From positions 1-64,000 of IMG/VR virus record IMGVR_UViG_3300010430_000014: a DNA stretch of 64,000 nt. The stretch is one strand, 5' to 3'. This document shows positions 1-9,666 of the stretch, one piece after another (position 1 is the first letter of the stretch; each line of letters starts with the position of its first letter). The notes under the pieces were generated by a model. It was given only the letters and a program-made list of their open reading frames with translations. It was not told where the DNA came from and did not search any database. Origin of the DNA: a virus. The translations under genes and the position numbers were made by a program.

Positions 1-102
1 GACAGCTTTTTCACAACAAACAACTGCATTCAGAAAAGCCCTGATGAAATCAAAGCAAGGTTTAAAACCCATTTATAAATGATTTTAACGGAGTGTTTAC
101 AT

Positions 103-150
103 ATGCCCCTATCTTTTAATTAATTATATGTTATTAGATAGGGGCATTTT
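103..150 (+). terminator. Putative intrinsic terminator/hairpin
   Basis: ATGCCCCTATCT (103-114) pairs with AGATAGGGGCAT (136-147), followed by TTT; long AT loop. Confidence 0.55.
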
Positions 151-167
151 CACATAAAGGAGAGTTA

Positions 168-503
168 ATGTATAAATATAAAACCGCAGTTAAAAAAAGG
201 ATTGGAGAACACATATGTCCTTATTGCAAAAAGACTTTTCATTTATCTGAATCATTGGCAGGGCATATAGGTGGAGCGCACAGACGTTTTATTACTCAAA
301 GTGAAGAACCTAAATGTAAATTCTGTGAAGTTAAATTAATTGAAGATGATAATTGGCCTTTTTGGGCAGTTAAACAACGGAACTTAATTTGTAAAAGATG
401 CAAACGGATACAAAATCGAAAGTCTTATATGAAGCGGTTAACAAAACGAAAGAAGAATCTAAGAGAACATTTAAAACGCAAAAGAAAGGCATTAGCAAGA
501 TGA
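168..503 (+). CDS. C2H2 zinc finger plus CxxC protein
   Basis: CPYC-x12-HIGGAH, then CKFC and CKRC, basic tail; AAGGAG RBS. Confidence 0.75.
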   Translation: MYKYKTAVKKRIGEHICPYCKKTFHLSESLAGHIGGAHRRFITQSEEPKCKFCEVKLIEDDNWPFWAVKQRNLICKRCKRIQNRKSYMKRLTKRKKNLREHLKRKRKALAR

Positions 504-1162
504 GTAATCCTACACCAATCATACCACGCAAATCTTTCATCGAATTAATTGAAGAAATGAATCTCGATGATTTTGCCACCATTCATTTCAAATGTCTAAA
601 GTATGTTTCAGGTAATATCTCAATGACTGAATTATTTTATCTTGTGATGACAGTTCGCTTATTCAAACCTGCAATGATCATGGAGTTTGGTACTTACAAT
701 GGTAGAAGTACATTGAATATGGCAATTAATACAGAAGGAACAATCACCACTGTTGATTTACCAAGATCCAAAAAACTCAGAACAAGTTATCCTTTAGCAA
801 GAGAAAAAGATTTAGATGAAAGTGGATATGTTGGATTAAAACACAAACTCTGGCAAGGCCAAGACAAAGAGATTACAAGTCGAATTGTACAAGTTTGGCA
901 AGATACCGCTAAATTAAAATTTGAACGATATATGAATAAATATGGTTTTATATTCATTGATGCTTCTCATACAAAAGATAATTGTAAAAATGATTCCTAC
1001 AATGCTCATAAAATGAAAACGAGACATGGAATCATTTATTGGCATGACTACAACGGTTGGCCTGGAGTCACAGAAGCATTGAATGAATATTACGAAGAAG
1101 AAGGTAGACCAGAAAAAATGTATTGGTTCAATGACACTTCACTTGTAGGGAGATTTTTCTAA
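500..1162 (+). CDS. Class I SAM methyltransferase (Methyltransf_24-like)
   Basis: MEFGTYNGRS, FIFIDASH, IYWHDY motifs; start at ATG 500 overlapping the upstream TGA. Confidence 0.85.
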   Translation: MSNPTPIIPRKSFIELIEEMNLDDFATIHFKCLKYVSGNISMTELFYLVMTVRLFKPAMIMEFGTYNGRSTLNMAINTEGTITTVDLPRSKKLRTSYPLAREKDLDESGYVGLKHKLWQGQDKEITSRIVQVWQDTAKLKFERYMNKYGFIFIDASHTKDNCKNDSYNAHKMKTRHGIIYWHDYNGWPGVTEALNEYYEEEGRPEKMYWFNDTSLVGRFF

Positions 1163-1326
1163 TGCATGATGCTCTATTAAAATTATTAGACCTACCAATC
1201 ACTACATCTATAGATTTTACACCTTTATTTTGGTTTGGAATAATTGTTGGAATTATTATATCTGTTATTGGATGGATAACAATTAAAGGAATTATCTGGT
1301 TAATATCACATTTACAATGGATATAG
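1162..1326 (+). CDS. Small membrane protein (54 aa, not in ORF track)
   Basis: TAATG coupling to previous gene; hydrophobic LFWFGIIVGIIISVIGWITI. Confidence 0.6.
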   Translation: MHDALLKLLDLPITTSIDFTPLFWFGIIVGIIISVIGWITIKGIIWLISHLQWI

Positions 1327-1337
1327 GAAAACTTTAA

Positions 1338-2285
1338 ATGAATGATTATATAAATAACTTTACAAGTAACCCAACTAAACTTCTTTTTCATACAGACCGA
1401 TTAAACGAAATGAAAATTGGTATTTTTAAACCTTTATCTTTACATTTTTCTTTAACAGATACTTGTAATCTTGATTGTGAATTTTGTTCAAATAAAAAAA
1501 GAGATGGTTATGAATTTACATTTGAAGAAGTAAAAAATATATTAAATGTATTTCATACTCTTGGTGCAGTTTCAGTAGAATTCACTGGAGGAGAACCTAC
1601 ATTACATAAAAACATCAATGAAATAATTGCTCATGCAAAATCAATTGGATACTCTGTTGGATTAAAATCAAATGGAGTAGACATAAAAAAATATCTGTTA
1701 AAAGATACCTTTAAAAAATTAACATGGCTCAGAATATCATTAAATTCCCTTGATTATGTTTCAGAAGATAAACTTAATTTTACAAACATATCAAATCTTA
1801 CTTTTCTTGGATTTTCCTATGTCTATAATGATAAAACCAATGATGCTGTATTTAATAAATTAAAAGAATTCAAAAACAAATATGATGGAAGATATTTAAG
1901 AATCATTCCTGATAATTCTTATGATGCCAAAAAACTAAATACACTGAATAAGACAATAAAATTAAATTCAATATTCAATGAAACTGGAGTTTTTTGGCAT
2001 GAGAAGAATTATTCTATTCCAGAAAAATGTTGGATGATGTGGTTAGTACCTTTTATAAACACCGACAAAAATATTTACTATTGTTGTGCAACTCAAATGT
2101 TTGAAAGAAAATTTGTACCAAAATATAAACTTTGTTCAACTGATATTACAGATATAATTCAAACATGGATGAAACCATATGTTTATTCTGGAAAAATGTG
2201 TGAAAATGGAATTTGTTATTATAGAGAACATAATATTGTAATTCAACAGATCACAGAAGGAAATCCCCATTCAGATTTCATTTAA
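1338..2285 (+). CDS. Radical SAM protein with C-terminal SPASM/twitch-like Cys
   Basis: CNLDCEFC (CxxxCxxC), FTGGEP, WLRISL, distal C..YYCC..C..C. Confidence 0.9.
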   Translation: MNDYINNFTSNPTKLLFHTDRLNEMKIGIFKPLSLHFSLTDTCNLDCEFCSNKKRDGYEFTFEEVKNILNVFHTLGAVSVEFTGGEPTLHKNINEIIAHAKSIGYSVGLKSNGVDIKKYLLKDTFKKLTWLRISLNSLDYVSEDKLNFTNISNLTFLGFSYVYNDKTNDAVFNKLKEFKNKYDGRYLRIIPDNSYDAKKLNTLNKTIKLNSIFNETGVFWHEKNYSIPEKCWMMWLVPFINTDKNIYYCCATQMFERKFVPKYKLCSTDITDIIQTWMKPYVYSGKMCENGICYYREHNIVIQQITEGNPHSDFI

Positions 2286-2298
2286 ACAAGGAGAAACT

Positions 2299-3057
2299 AT
2301 GAAATATTTTATCACAATGCGAGTTATTGATCGATCTCCAAAGGAAAACTACATACATACTACAATGGAAAGTTTAATTAAATCAGGATTGTTTGAATCT
2401 AAAATTTCATTTGAGTTACATCTATTTGATGGCAAATCTTCTTCTCTTGATTATTTGAATCAATATAAATTATTAAGAAATACATTTATTCATAAAACAA
2501 AAAAGAATATAACCAGAAATGAAAATTGGTTACGATCAGTACATCATTGTAAAAATAAAAATTGTAAATTTATTATTCAAATAGAAGATGATATTTTATT
2601 TTGTAAAAATTGGTTAGAATCAATTAATTCTTATGTGACAAAACATGAGAAATTAGTTAATAAAAACCCAATGGTTACTTTTTATGCTGCCTATCAAGAA
2701 ATAAAAAGAAGAACTAACAAGAAAGTAGAATATTGGGAAGAATCATTTCAACAGTTTTATGGTACACAATGCATTCTATTTAAAAAGGATATTGCTTTAA
2801 AAGCAGTAAAACATATTACAGATGGTATTAAAAACATCAATAATTATACTTTTAAATATCGCAAAAAAGATGTTATTCCATTAGGAATGAAAGGTGCTTG
2901 CATCGATCTATGGCTACAAGAATGGGGGATACATGAATATAAAGGTAAATTTTTTCTTGCTTCCTGTCCTTCTTTTGTTCAACATATTGGAAGATCAGAA
3001 AATAAACATCTCCATCAATCACATTTTTTAGGAGAAGATCATGCCTATGAAAAATGA
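2299..3057 (+). CDS. GT-A fold glycosyltransferase
   Basis: IQIEDD (DxD-like) and PSFVQHIG motifs. Confidence 0.75.
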   Translation: MKYFITMRVIDRSPKENYIHTTMESLIKSGLFESKISFELHLFDGKSSSLDYLNQYKLLRNTFIHKTKKNITRNENWLRSVHHCKNKNCKFIIQIEDDILFCKNWLESINSYVTKHEKLVNKNPMVTFYAAYQEIKRRTNKKVEYWEESFQQFYGTQCILFKKDIALKAVKHITDGIKNINNYTFKYRKKDVIPLGMKGACIDLWLQEWGIHEYKGKFFLASCPSFVQHIGRSENKHLHQSHFLGEDHAYEK

Positions 3058-3640
3058 TCCTAAAAGTACTGCACTATATGGAAAACAATTTCAAAAAGGA
3101 CAAATGACTAAACCATATCTTTTTGGAAAAGCAATACTACCTATCCTAACAAAATACTTTGCTATTAAATCCATCATTGATATTGGATCTGGTAATTGTG
3201 GATTTTTAAAAGCAGCTATGGAGATGGGCATAACAGATGTTATTGGAGTCGATGGTAATTGGATTGATAATCTAATGATTCCTAAAAAATATTTCAAGAC
3301 TTCTAATTTAAGACTACCTTTTAAACTTGATCGAGAATTTGATCTGGTAGTAAGTCTTGAAGTGGCAGAACATATAAATGAAACCTTTGCAGAAACATTT
3401 ATTGAAACCTTGACCGGATTAGGTGATACTATACTATTTTCTGCTGCAAGAGTAGGTCAAGGTGGAGTAAACCATGTTAATTGTCAGCCCTTTGAATATT
3501 GGGAAAAAATATTTAATTCATTTAACTTTGTTAAACTATCAAGTTGCAATATACAAAATGTTTTAAAAAATAATAAAACTGTTAATGATCTATGGCAAAC
3601 AAAAAACTCAATGATGTATATAAGGAAAGAAAATGATTAA
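3041..3640 (+). CDS. Class I SAM methyltransferase
   Basis: IIDIGSGNCG, FDLVVSLEVAEH, GQGGVNHVNCQ. Confidence 0.88.
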   Translation: MPMKNDPKSTALYGKQFQKGQMTKPYLFGKAILPILTKYFAIKSIIDIGSGNCGFLKAAMEMGITDVIGVDGNWIDNLMIPKKYFKTSNLRLPFKLDREFDLVVSLEVAEHINETFAETFIETLTGLGDTILFSAARVGQGGVNHVNCQPFEYWEKIFNSFNFVKLSSCNIQNVLKNNKTVNDLWQTKNSMMYIRKEND

Positions 3641-4211
3641 AATAATTGATCCACATTATTGGCAAGTTGAAGTAGAAGACTTTGGCAGAAGACCTACAAA
3701 CAAATATGATATTTCGGCTTTATTATACTTAATAGAATCTTGTAAAAAGAACATTGTTGAAATTGGAACTTGGTATGGAAAAACTACTTATGAAATAGCA
3801 TCAAGATTTCCAAAAAAAATAATTTATACATTGGATTACATGGAAGAAGATTTAGCAATCAGTAAACATGAGTTAAAAACAAGATGTAAAACCAAAGAAG
3901 ACATAGGCAAATATACCAGTGAACTTGGTAATGTTTTCCTTATTTATGCGAATTCTCAAACTTATGATTTTAACCTATTTAAAGAAGTTGATTTCTTTTT
4001 TATCGATGGTAATCATGGATTCGATGAAGTTAGAATAGATTCAGTAAAAGCAATTACATATTTAATGAAAAATGATGGTGGTACAATTGCTTGGCATGAT
4101 GTTCATACTAAAAACTTAACCCAAGTACCTAATTACATGCAACACCTTTCTAAAACGCAAGATATTTATTATCTTAAAAATTCAAACATTGGTTTTATAA
4201 AGGTGAGTTGA
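3633..4211 (+). CDS. Class I SAM methyltransferase (Methyltransf_24-like)
   Basis: VEIGTWYGKT, FFIDGNH, IAWHD; paralog of 500..1162. Confidence 0.85.
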   Translation: MIKIIDPHYWQVEVEDFGRRPTNKYDISALLYLIESCKKNIVEIGTWYGKTTYEIASRFPKKIIYTLDYMEEDLAISKHELKTRCKTKEDIGKYTSELGNVFLIYANSQTYDFNLFKEVDFFFIDGNHGFDEVRIDSVKAITYLMKNDGGTIAWHDVHTKNLTQVPNYMQHLSKTQDIYYLKNSNIGFIKVS

Positions 4212-4212
4212 A

Positions 4213-4626
4213 TTGACTCCAGATGAATTAGAAGAATTAAAAAAAGTATATGGAGCAATTAAATGTGTTTATGAATTAGCCTATGTTTCTGGAAAAAGTA
4301 ACCCTAATAATAAATTTAATGAATTAGAATTCGCTCTTAATAAACTTGCAAAAATAATTAAAAGAAAAACATTCATTGAAATAGATCCAAATTTAGAATA
4401 TATTGCTGAATATAAAATAGATAATTTTAAAATTCAATATAAACAATGGGTACAACAATGTAAAGAAGCAATTCTTAATGTTGCTGAAAGAAAAACCAAT
4501 AACATAACTCAAGCATGTAAGTTAATTGGTTGTTATCGAGAAACAGCCCGTTATATAAGAGGAACAAGCACTAAAAATAAAAAAAGGAGAAAAAATGAAA
4601 AAAGGAAAAATTCGCAAACTAATTAA
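4213..4626 (+). CDS. Hypothetical protein, possible Fis-like HTH
   Basis: NNITQACKLIGCYRET resembles HTH_8; TTG start. Confidence 0.5.
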   Translation: MTPDELEELKKVYGAIKCVYELAYVSGKSNPNNKFNELEFALNKLAKIIKRKTFIEIDPNLEYIAEYKIDNFKIQYKQWVQQCKEAILNVAERKTNNITQACKLIGCYRETARYIRGTSTKNKKRRKNEKRKNSQTN

Positions 4627-4777
4627 TCTGGAAGAAAAAGATGGAAAGGTAAAATCAATTAAAAGATTAAACAAACGTCTTAATTATATTAAATCTAAAT
4701 TAGGTAAATATAAAACAACTTCTAATCAAATAAAATATATTGAATTTCATCTTAAAAAGTTAGGAGTAAAAATATGA
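4595..4777 (+). CDS. Small basic hypothetical protein
   Basis: AGGAG RBS, coupled to next gene. Confidence 0.55.
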   Translation: MKKGKIRKLINLEEKDGKVKSIKRLNKRLNYIKSKLGKYKTTSNQIKYIEFHLKKLGVKI

Positions 4778-4971
4778 AACGTGGTGGAGTTAGAACAACT
4801 AAACAATATGTGACTGAAGAAGATGGCAAAAAAATAATTAAATACGCAATTCAAGGCCGAAAAGGAAAACTTTGGATTCCAGTAGTTGAAAACAAAATTC
4901 CTATGGTCTATGATACATTAAAAGAAGCAGAAGAAAAACTATTGGAGATTGTCAGACAAATAAGGAAATAG
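4774..4971 (+). CDS. Hypothetical protein
   Basis: AGGAG RBS, ATGA overlap. Confidence 0.6.
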   Translation: MKRGGVRTTKQYVTEEDGKKIIKYAIQGRKGKLWIPVVENKIPMVYDTLKEAEEKLLEIVRQIRK

Positions 4972-4974
4972 TTA

Positions 4975-5178
4975 ATGAAATTAAGTGATGCTAAATTTTT
5001 ATTAGAAGAATTAGCAAGTGAAGAATGCCAATGTGGAAAATATAAAAAAAAGGGCAATTCATTTTGTTATAATTGTTACTCCAGTTTACCCAATGATATA
5101 CAAAAACGTTTATACAAGAGATTCAGAAACGGATATGAAGAAGCATATGAGGATGCAATTGAACATCTCAAGGAGTAA
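4975..5178 (+). CDS. Small Zn-binding hypothetical protein
   Basis: CQCG...FCYNC. Confidence 0.65.
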   Translation: MKLSDAKFLLEELASEECQCGKYKKKGNSFCYNCYSSLPNDIQKRLYKRFRNGYEEAYEDAIEHLKE

Positions 5179-5180
5179 TA

Positions 5181-5657
5181 ATGAAAAAAATATTTTGGAC
5201 TTTAATTGGTATTTTAATTTTTCTTATAATTTGTGTATTTGTTGATTATTGTAATGCAGAAACTACTATTCATCCTGATTTAACTCTTTATACAATGACC
5301 ACAGATGTACCATTAACAATCGAATGGGATGATACTAATTCTCTTGTTGATTTCTTTGAATTTTATTTATGGAATTATGGAGAAGAAAAAAAATATCTAA
5401 TTGGTAAAACCCAACAAATACGAGCAACCATGTTTCTTCCACGTACAGGTCTTTGGGTATTTTATATTAAAACCTGTGACAAAGTTGAAACCGATGATAC
5501 CAGAGAATGCTCTGATTGGGTGCATTCTAACTTATTAGATTCACAAGGCGTACCTTATGGAAAAGTTGAAGATTCAAATAACCCAGGAACATATATTAAA
5601 GGAAAATGGATGATCTACGGTCACGTTGCACCACCAACAAGCGGTGGTATTGAATAA
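5181..5657 (+). CDS. Signal-anchored FN3/Ig-like protein
   Basis: N-terminal hydrophobic helix; LTIEWD..FEFYLW..FYIKTC..SDW beta-sandwich pattern. Confidence 0.55.
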   Translation: MKKIFWTLIGILIFLIICVFVDYCNAETTIHPDLTLYTMTTDVPLTIEWDDTNSLVDFFEFYLWNYGEEKKYLIGKTQQIRATMFLPRTGLWVFYIKTCDKVETDDTRECSDWVHSNLLDSQGVPYGKVEDSNNPGTYIKGKWMIYGHVAPPTSGGIE

Positions 5658-5686
5658 CTAATCATTTAACAAGGAGGAAAATTATC

Positions 5687-6025
5687 ATGGCAGCAAGGAT
5701 TAAATTTAAACAATCAGGAAGTCAAGATGTGGTATCAAACATGATCTATGTTAAACCCCACAATCCGGCAGCAGAACCAATCACCAAAGATAACTATTTG
5801 GAAAAGGCAGAATTAGATCCGATACCTGCACCAGAAGCAGATGGCTACATTCATTTTGATATTCAGCCTTTATTTCCTAATCTCGATGGTGATTACGATT
5901 TTGGAGTTGCAGCAATTGATGATGCCGGAAACATTTCACCACTATTAACTCAAGGACTTGTTAATATAGGATTAGATTTCGTTGCACCAAGCCCTCCTAC
6001 GGACGCAAGCGTTTACTACGATTAA
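5687..6025 (+). CDS. FN3/Ig-like protein, possibly virion-associated
   Basis: GDYDFGVAAIDDAGNISP...DFVAPSPP; AGGAGG RBS. Confidence 0.6.
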   Translation: MAARIKFKQSGSQDVVSNMIYVKPHNPAAEPITKDNYLEKAELDPIPAPEADGYIHFDIQPLFPNLDGDYDFGVAAIDDAGNISPLLTQGLVNIGLDFVAPSPPTDASVYYD

Positions 6026-6133
6026 TCCAATGCTATTGGCATATTTGGATTACTTCTAAAAATTTTGGACAATTTTGGAAAAAAATTAAAAATCGTTCAG
6101 ACTTAGACGCTTGCTTAGAAAAAAAGAAATAAC

Positions 6134-6412
6134 ATGTATTTATATGATCCAAGAGTTAATAGTTTTGTAAATACAGATAACCCTGCTATTATTCTTGCTG
6201 ATGCTATGATAAGAATTGGCGCAGTTGTACCTGATAACAACTTTTGGGATAAGATAAAAATACTTGCTAATTACGCTGAAGCAGGAAATGGAATGGGAAA
6301 AATTGTTAAAGCTGAATTTAAAAAATACAACAAATCATTAAAGTTGAAATTAGATGAACAAAAAAAGAAAAATACACTTCGATCCAAAATACCGAAAGTT
6401 AAAAAGACATAA
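6134..6412 (+). CDS. Hypothetical protein with a tail-tip-J-like motif
   Basis: YDPR...TDNPAIILAD. Confidence 0.5.
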   Translation: MYLYDPRVNSFVNTDNPAIILADAMIRIGAVVPDNNFWDKIKILANYAEAGNGMGKIVKAEFKKYNKSLKLKLDEQKKKNTLRSKIPKVKKT

Positions 6413-6767
6413 ACTGACCTTTTATTGTAAACTTTTTAATGCGGATCTATCAGGGTGTAATATGTCATGCCCTTTTTGTGCTGCCTCTAAATATAAACAT
6501 TGTAAAACAAAAGTAGTTAATGTTAAAGATGAAGACTATGATGTTTATATTGGCAAAGGAACAAAGTGGGGCAACATCTTCAGGGAAGGGGTTGATGGAA
6601 CAAGAGAAGAAGTAATTGTGAAGTATGACAAAGACATTCGCAATAAGCCTTGGCTGATTCATGAGATTGGACATGAATTGAAAGGGCGCATCTTAGGCTG
6701 TCATTGTAAACCCCTTCCCTGTCATGGTGATATACTTGTTAAACTTGCTGAAAAAGGAAATCACTAA
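6354..6767 (+). CDS. DUF4326 family protein
   Basis: VYIGKGTKWGN, LKGRILGCHCKPLPCHGDIL. Confidence 0.9.
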   Translation: MNKKRKIHFDPKYRKLKRHKLTFYCKLFNADLSGCNMSCPFCAASKYKHCKTKVVNVKDEDYDVYIGKGTKWGNIFREGVDGTREEVIVKYDKDIRNKPWLIHEIGHELKGRILGCHCKPLPCHGDILVKLAEKGNH

Positions 6768-7153
6768 TGGAAACAGAATTCTTATATCGGTTAACATTAA
6801 TTGTACTCAGGCTATTGATCATGTCTTATGGTGATCAATATGATATCGAACAACCCTACCTGTTTTTTCTTGAAGGTGAAAAAATTGTTCTTACCGGAGA
6901 ATTTGAAGGAGTAGAAAAGATAGTCTTATGTGATAACATATTATATAATAAATGTGGTCTACGCAATGAACAAAAAATTATTTTACATGGACAAACTCAA
7001 ATTCTTCTTAAAATTTCTACTTATCCTTGGTCATATGGTGATATGGTATGGTATCATGTTATACCATCATCTAAAAAACATAAAAAAGGTTATCGTTTTT
7101 TTATTGGACAAATTTATGATCGGGTAATGCCGATTGAAAAAGGAGGTTATTAA
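6767..7153 (+). CDS. Hypothetical protein
   Basis: TAATG-coupled ORF. Confidence 0.6.
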   Translation: METEFLYRLTLIVLRLLIMSYGDQYDIEQPYLFFLEGEKIVLTGEFEGVEKIVLCDNILYNKCGLRNEQKIILHGQTQILLKISTYPWSYGDMVWYHVIPSSKKHKKGYRFFIGQIYDRVMPIEKGGY

Positions 7154-7425
7154 TGAATGACAAACAAAGGAGGAAAAAAGGAACAGAAATATGGCTTAGA
7201 GATACAGATCCAATCCGACTTGGTATTTATCAATGTTTAATTTGTATTAAATATTTTTTAATTGCTTTATTTGTTTATTTAACTATTTTATCTATTAGTG
7301 AAGGTGTTTTTACTTTACAAAACGCAAGAGATCATGCAGTTGGACATATTTATGTTAAACCAGAAGAAAATATAAAACAATGGCAACTCCCGAAAATGAA
7401 AATAAAAATTGTACTTAATGTTTAA
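7153..7425 (+). CDS. Membrane hypothetical protein
   Basis: GGAGG RBS, one TM segment. Confidence 0.6.
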   Translation: MNDKQRRKKGTEIWLRDTDPIRLGIYQCLICIKYFLIALFVYLTILSISEGVFTLQNARDHAVGHIYVKPEENIKQWQLPKMKIKIVLNV

Positions 7426-7443
7426 ATAAAAAGGAAAAAAATC

Positions 7444-7836
7444 ATGAATCAAAAATTTGATCCAAAATTACTTAGCAATCAAGGAACACAACCAGGACAA
7501 ATAGTTATAACTAAAGAAATTATTGAACAGGCAGAAGATATAACTTGTATCAATCAACTTCCTAAACTGGATACAAGAGGAAAGATAATTGATGGAGAAT
7601 TCATATTGTGTAATGGTCAGGTTTTTACTGATGCATTCAGATTAAAATATGTTTCTCCAATTTTATCACCTACCGGAAAACAGACCATTGGTAATCTCTT
7701 TATAGGCAAAATATGTCTTGTCTGTGGTAAAATTTTTAATCCTGATGAATGGGTAAAACAAAGAGATGAACATGTCAAAGCAACAAAAAATACAATCTTA
7801 GATAAGGAGAACAAAGATGCCAAAACCAAACTGTGA
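7444..7836 (+). CDS. Zn-ribbon hypothetical protein
   Basis: C..C, VSPILSPTG, CLVCG. Confidence 0.7.
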   Translation: MNQKFDPKLLSNQGTQPGQIVITKEIIEQAEDITCINQLPKLDTRGKIIDGEFILCNGQVFTDAFRLKYVSPILSPTGKQTIGNLFIGKICLVCGKIFNPDEWVKQRDEHVKATKNTILDKENKDAKTKL

Positions 7837-8134
7837 TGATGAAACAAGAGGGGAGTACATGAGCAGATGCATTCCTGAAGTAATGGATGAAGGACTCAAT
7901 CAAGATCAGGCTGTAGGCCGTTGTGCCGGAATGTGGAATAGTGCCTGAGAGGAAGACGATCAAATAGATCTGGATGAGATCTATCAATGTTCTAATTGTA
8001 TGAATGCTATGAAACTACGTGATTGGTTTGATAGTTATTGTTGTTCCCTTCAAGAATTTACTTGCCCTAAATGCACCAAAATACTTATTGGATTTGTAGA
8101 ATTAAAAAAATGGAGAAATGACAATGCCACTTAA
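7817..8134 (+). CDS. 43-aa phage peptide (YMSRCIP..EG..QDQAV..C..MW) ending in TGA 7946-7948, in frame with a 61-codon Zn ribbon; candidate Sec readthrough
   Basis: Own translation; AAGGAG RBS; frame stays open after TGA through CSNC...CPKC to TAA 8134. Confidence 0.55.
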
Positions 8135-8282
8135 ATCAATGATGCTTTATTCATGCCCTATATGTGGTAACACATTATGTGGTATAGAATGGGAAGAACA
8201 TACAGGGAATGGCAATAAAGAATACTGCTGTCCTTCTTGTGGTGGTGGTTTAAATGAGGATGAATTAGTATCGGAGGAATAA
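8124..8282 (+). CDS. Small Zn-ribbon protein (not in ORF track)
   Basis: GGAG RBS; CPICG...CCPSCG. Confidence 0.7.
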   Translation: MPLKSMMLYSCPICGNTLCGIEWEEHTGNGNKEYCCPSCGGGLNEDELVSEE

Positions 8283-8297
8283 TTAAAAGGAGTAATT

Positions 8298-8624
8298 ATG
8301 CTAACTGCACCCATTAAACAAACATTTCCAATTATGATGAATCAAAAAGAATGGAATGAATTAAATACTTATAATGTTCCTAAAGATCTTCCAATGAAAT
8401 TTATGGCACAGTTTAGAGTACAAGTAATGGAAAATCACTATCAAACACTGGAACGATTAGCAGAACGTGGAGGGCTATGCCCAACTGAAATCTGTGCTGC
8501 TATGTATAATTTAAGTTTTCATATTTATTGGGGCCATAATACTATTACTATTGAACAAAAAAAAGTAGCACTACGTTTAATTTCATTACAATTAGCAAAA
8601 TTCAATAAAGATAAAAATGAATAA
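8298..8624 (+). CDS. Phage hypothetical protein
   Basis: NHYQTLERLAERGGL motif; AAGGAG RBS. Confidence 0.7.
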   Translation: MLTAPIKQTFPIMMNQKEWNELNTYNVPKDLPMKFMAQFRVQVMENHYQTLERLAERGGLCPTEICAAMYNLSFHIYWGHNTITIEQKKVALRLISLQLAKFNKDKNE

Positions 8625-8950
8625 AAGAGAAAAAAAACTTATTGAATATTTAAATTGGGCTTTAGAAATGATTGATAATAATTTTAAAGAAACAGGCAAA
8701 ATTGATATTGCAGAAGTAATTGTTTATAAAGCTGCAAAAAATTTTGTTAAAACTTTAAAAGAAGAAGAAGAAAAGGAGGACTAAATGGAAATACATGTGC
8801 CGTATAAATTAACTCAATTAATGTATTGGATAGATACTACAACATGGGAAACATTAGGAATTTACTTTTTTGCTATAATAGGCTTACTTGTATCCATCCG
8901 GTATTTTTGGCATTGGGCATTAGGAATTAGAACATAAGGAAAATAAACAT

Positions 8951-9145
8951 ATGTCAAAAATACAATTAACACCAAAACAAGTTTTAGAATGGATAATTTT
9001 GGGCATTAAAAATGAACGGTATCAAGCAGCAATGGATTTAGCTCAAGATTGTATTAATATATTTAATGAACAAGATGATAAAATACCTGAAAGATATAAA
9101 CGTAAATTAACTTTTGATATAAAAGAGAAAAAAGGAGATTTATAA
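8951..9145 (+). CDS. Hypothetical protein with KRKLTF motif
   Basis: AAGGA RBS. Confidence 0.6.
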   Translation: MSKIQLTPKQVLEWIILGIKNERYQAAMDLAQDCINIFNEQDDKIPERYKRKLTFDIKEKKGDL

Positions 9146-9656
9146 TGCCGAATAATAATGAAGAAAATACAGAATCAGAATACCTTAAAGAAAGCATGGG
9201 CATTGACGCACATCTTGAAAAACAATTTGAAACAATTGATAAAGATCGATTGGATTTACTCGATGAGGAATTATCTAATACCCAATCTGATAAGGAATTA
9301 TATAATATGATGCACAATGTTGATGCGTCAGCATCCTTATTCAAATTCCCTCTTGGAACAAAAGTCCGAAACCGCCACATGGAAGATGGTTATGTAAACA
9401 TGTGCGGAATTGACATGAGAGGAGTAATATACCGTGTCATTCATACAGAGGGCAGAAGACAATGGTACACCGAAACCGAAATTAAAATTGTTCTCTTTGA
9501 TCCCGAAAACAAAAAATCTGAATCAATTGAAACTTCTTCAACAATTAAAACGGATATCCCTCAACCTGGAGGAGATGAATCAACCTGGAGATCCCCAAAT
9601 GGAAATAAGGCAACTTGTGAATTCAATAACAAGTAAATTAACTTTTAATATAAAAG
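9102..9656 (+). repeat. 24-bp direct repeat pair (9102-9125, 9633-9656)
   Basis: GTAAATTAACTTTT[G/A]ATATAAAAG, 1 mismatch. Confidence 0.75.
9145..9636 (+). CDS. Hypothetical protein with SH3-like FKFPLGTKV domain
   Basis: ORF with RBS, flanked by 24-bp direct repeats. Confidence 0.6.
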   Translation: MPNNNEENTESEYLKESMGIDAHLEKQFETIDKDRLDLLDEELSNTQSDKELYNMMHNVDASASLFKFPLGTKVRNRHMEDGYVNMCGIDMRGVIYRVIHTEGRRQWYTETEIKIVLFDPENKKSESIETSSTIKTDIPQPGGDESTWRSPNGNKATCEFNNK

Positions 9657-9666
9657 GAGACTGATT

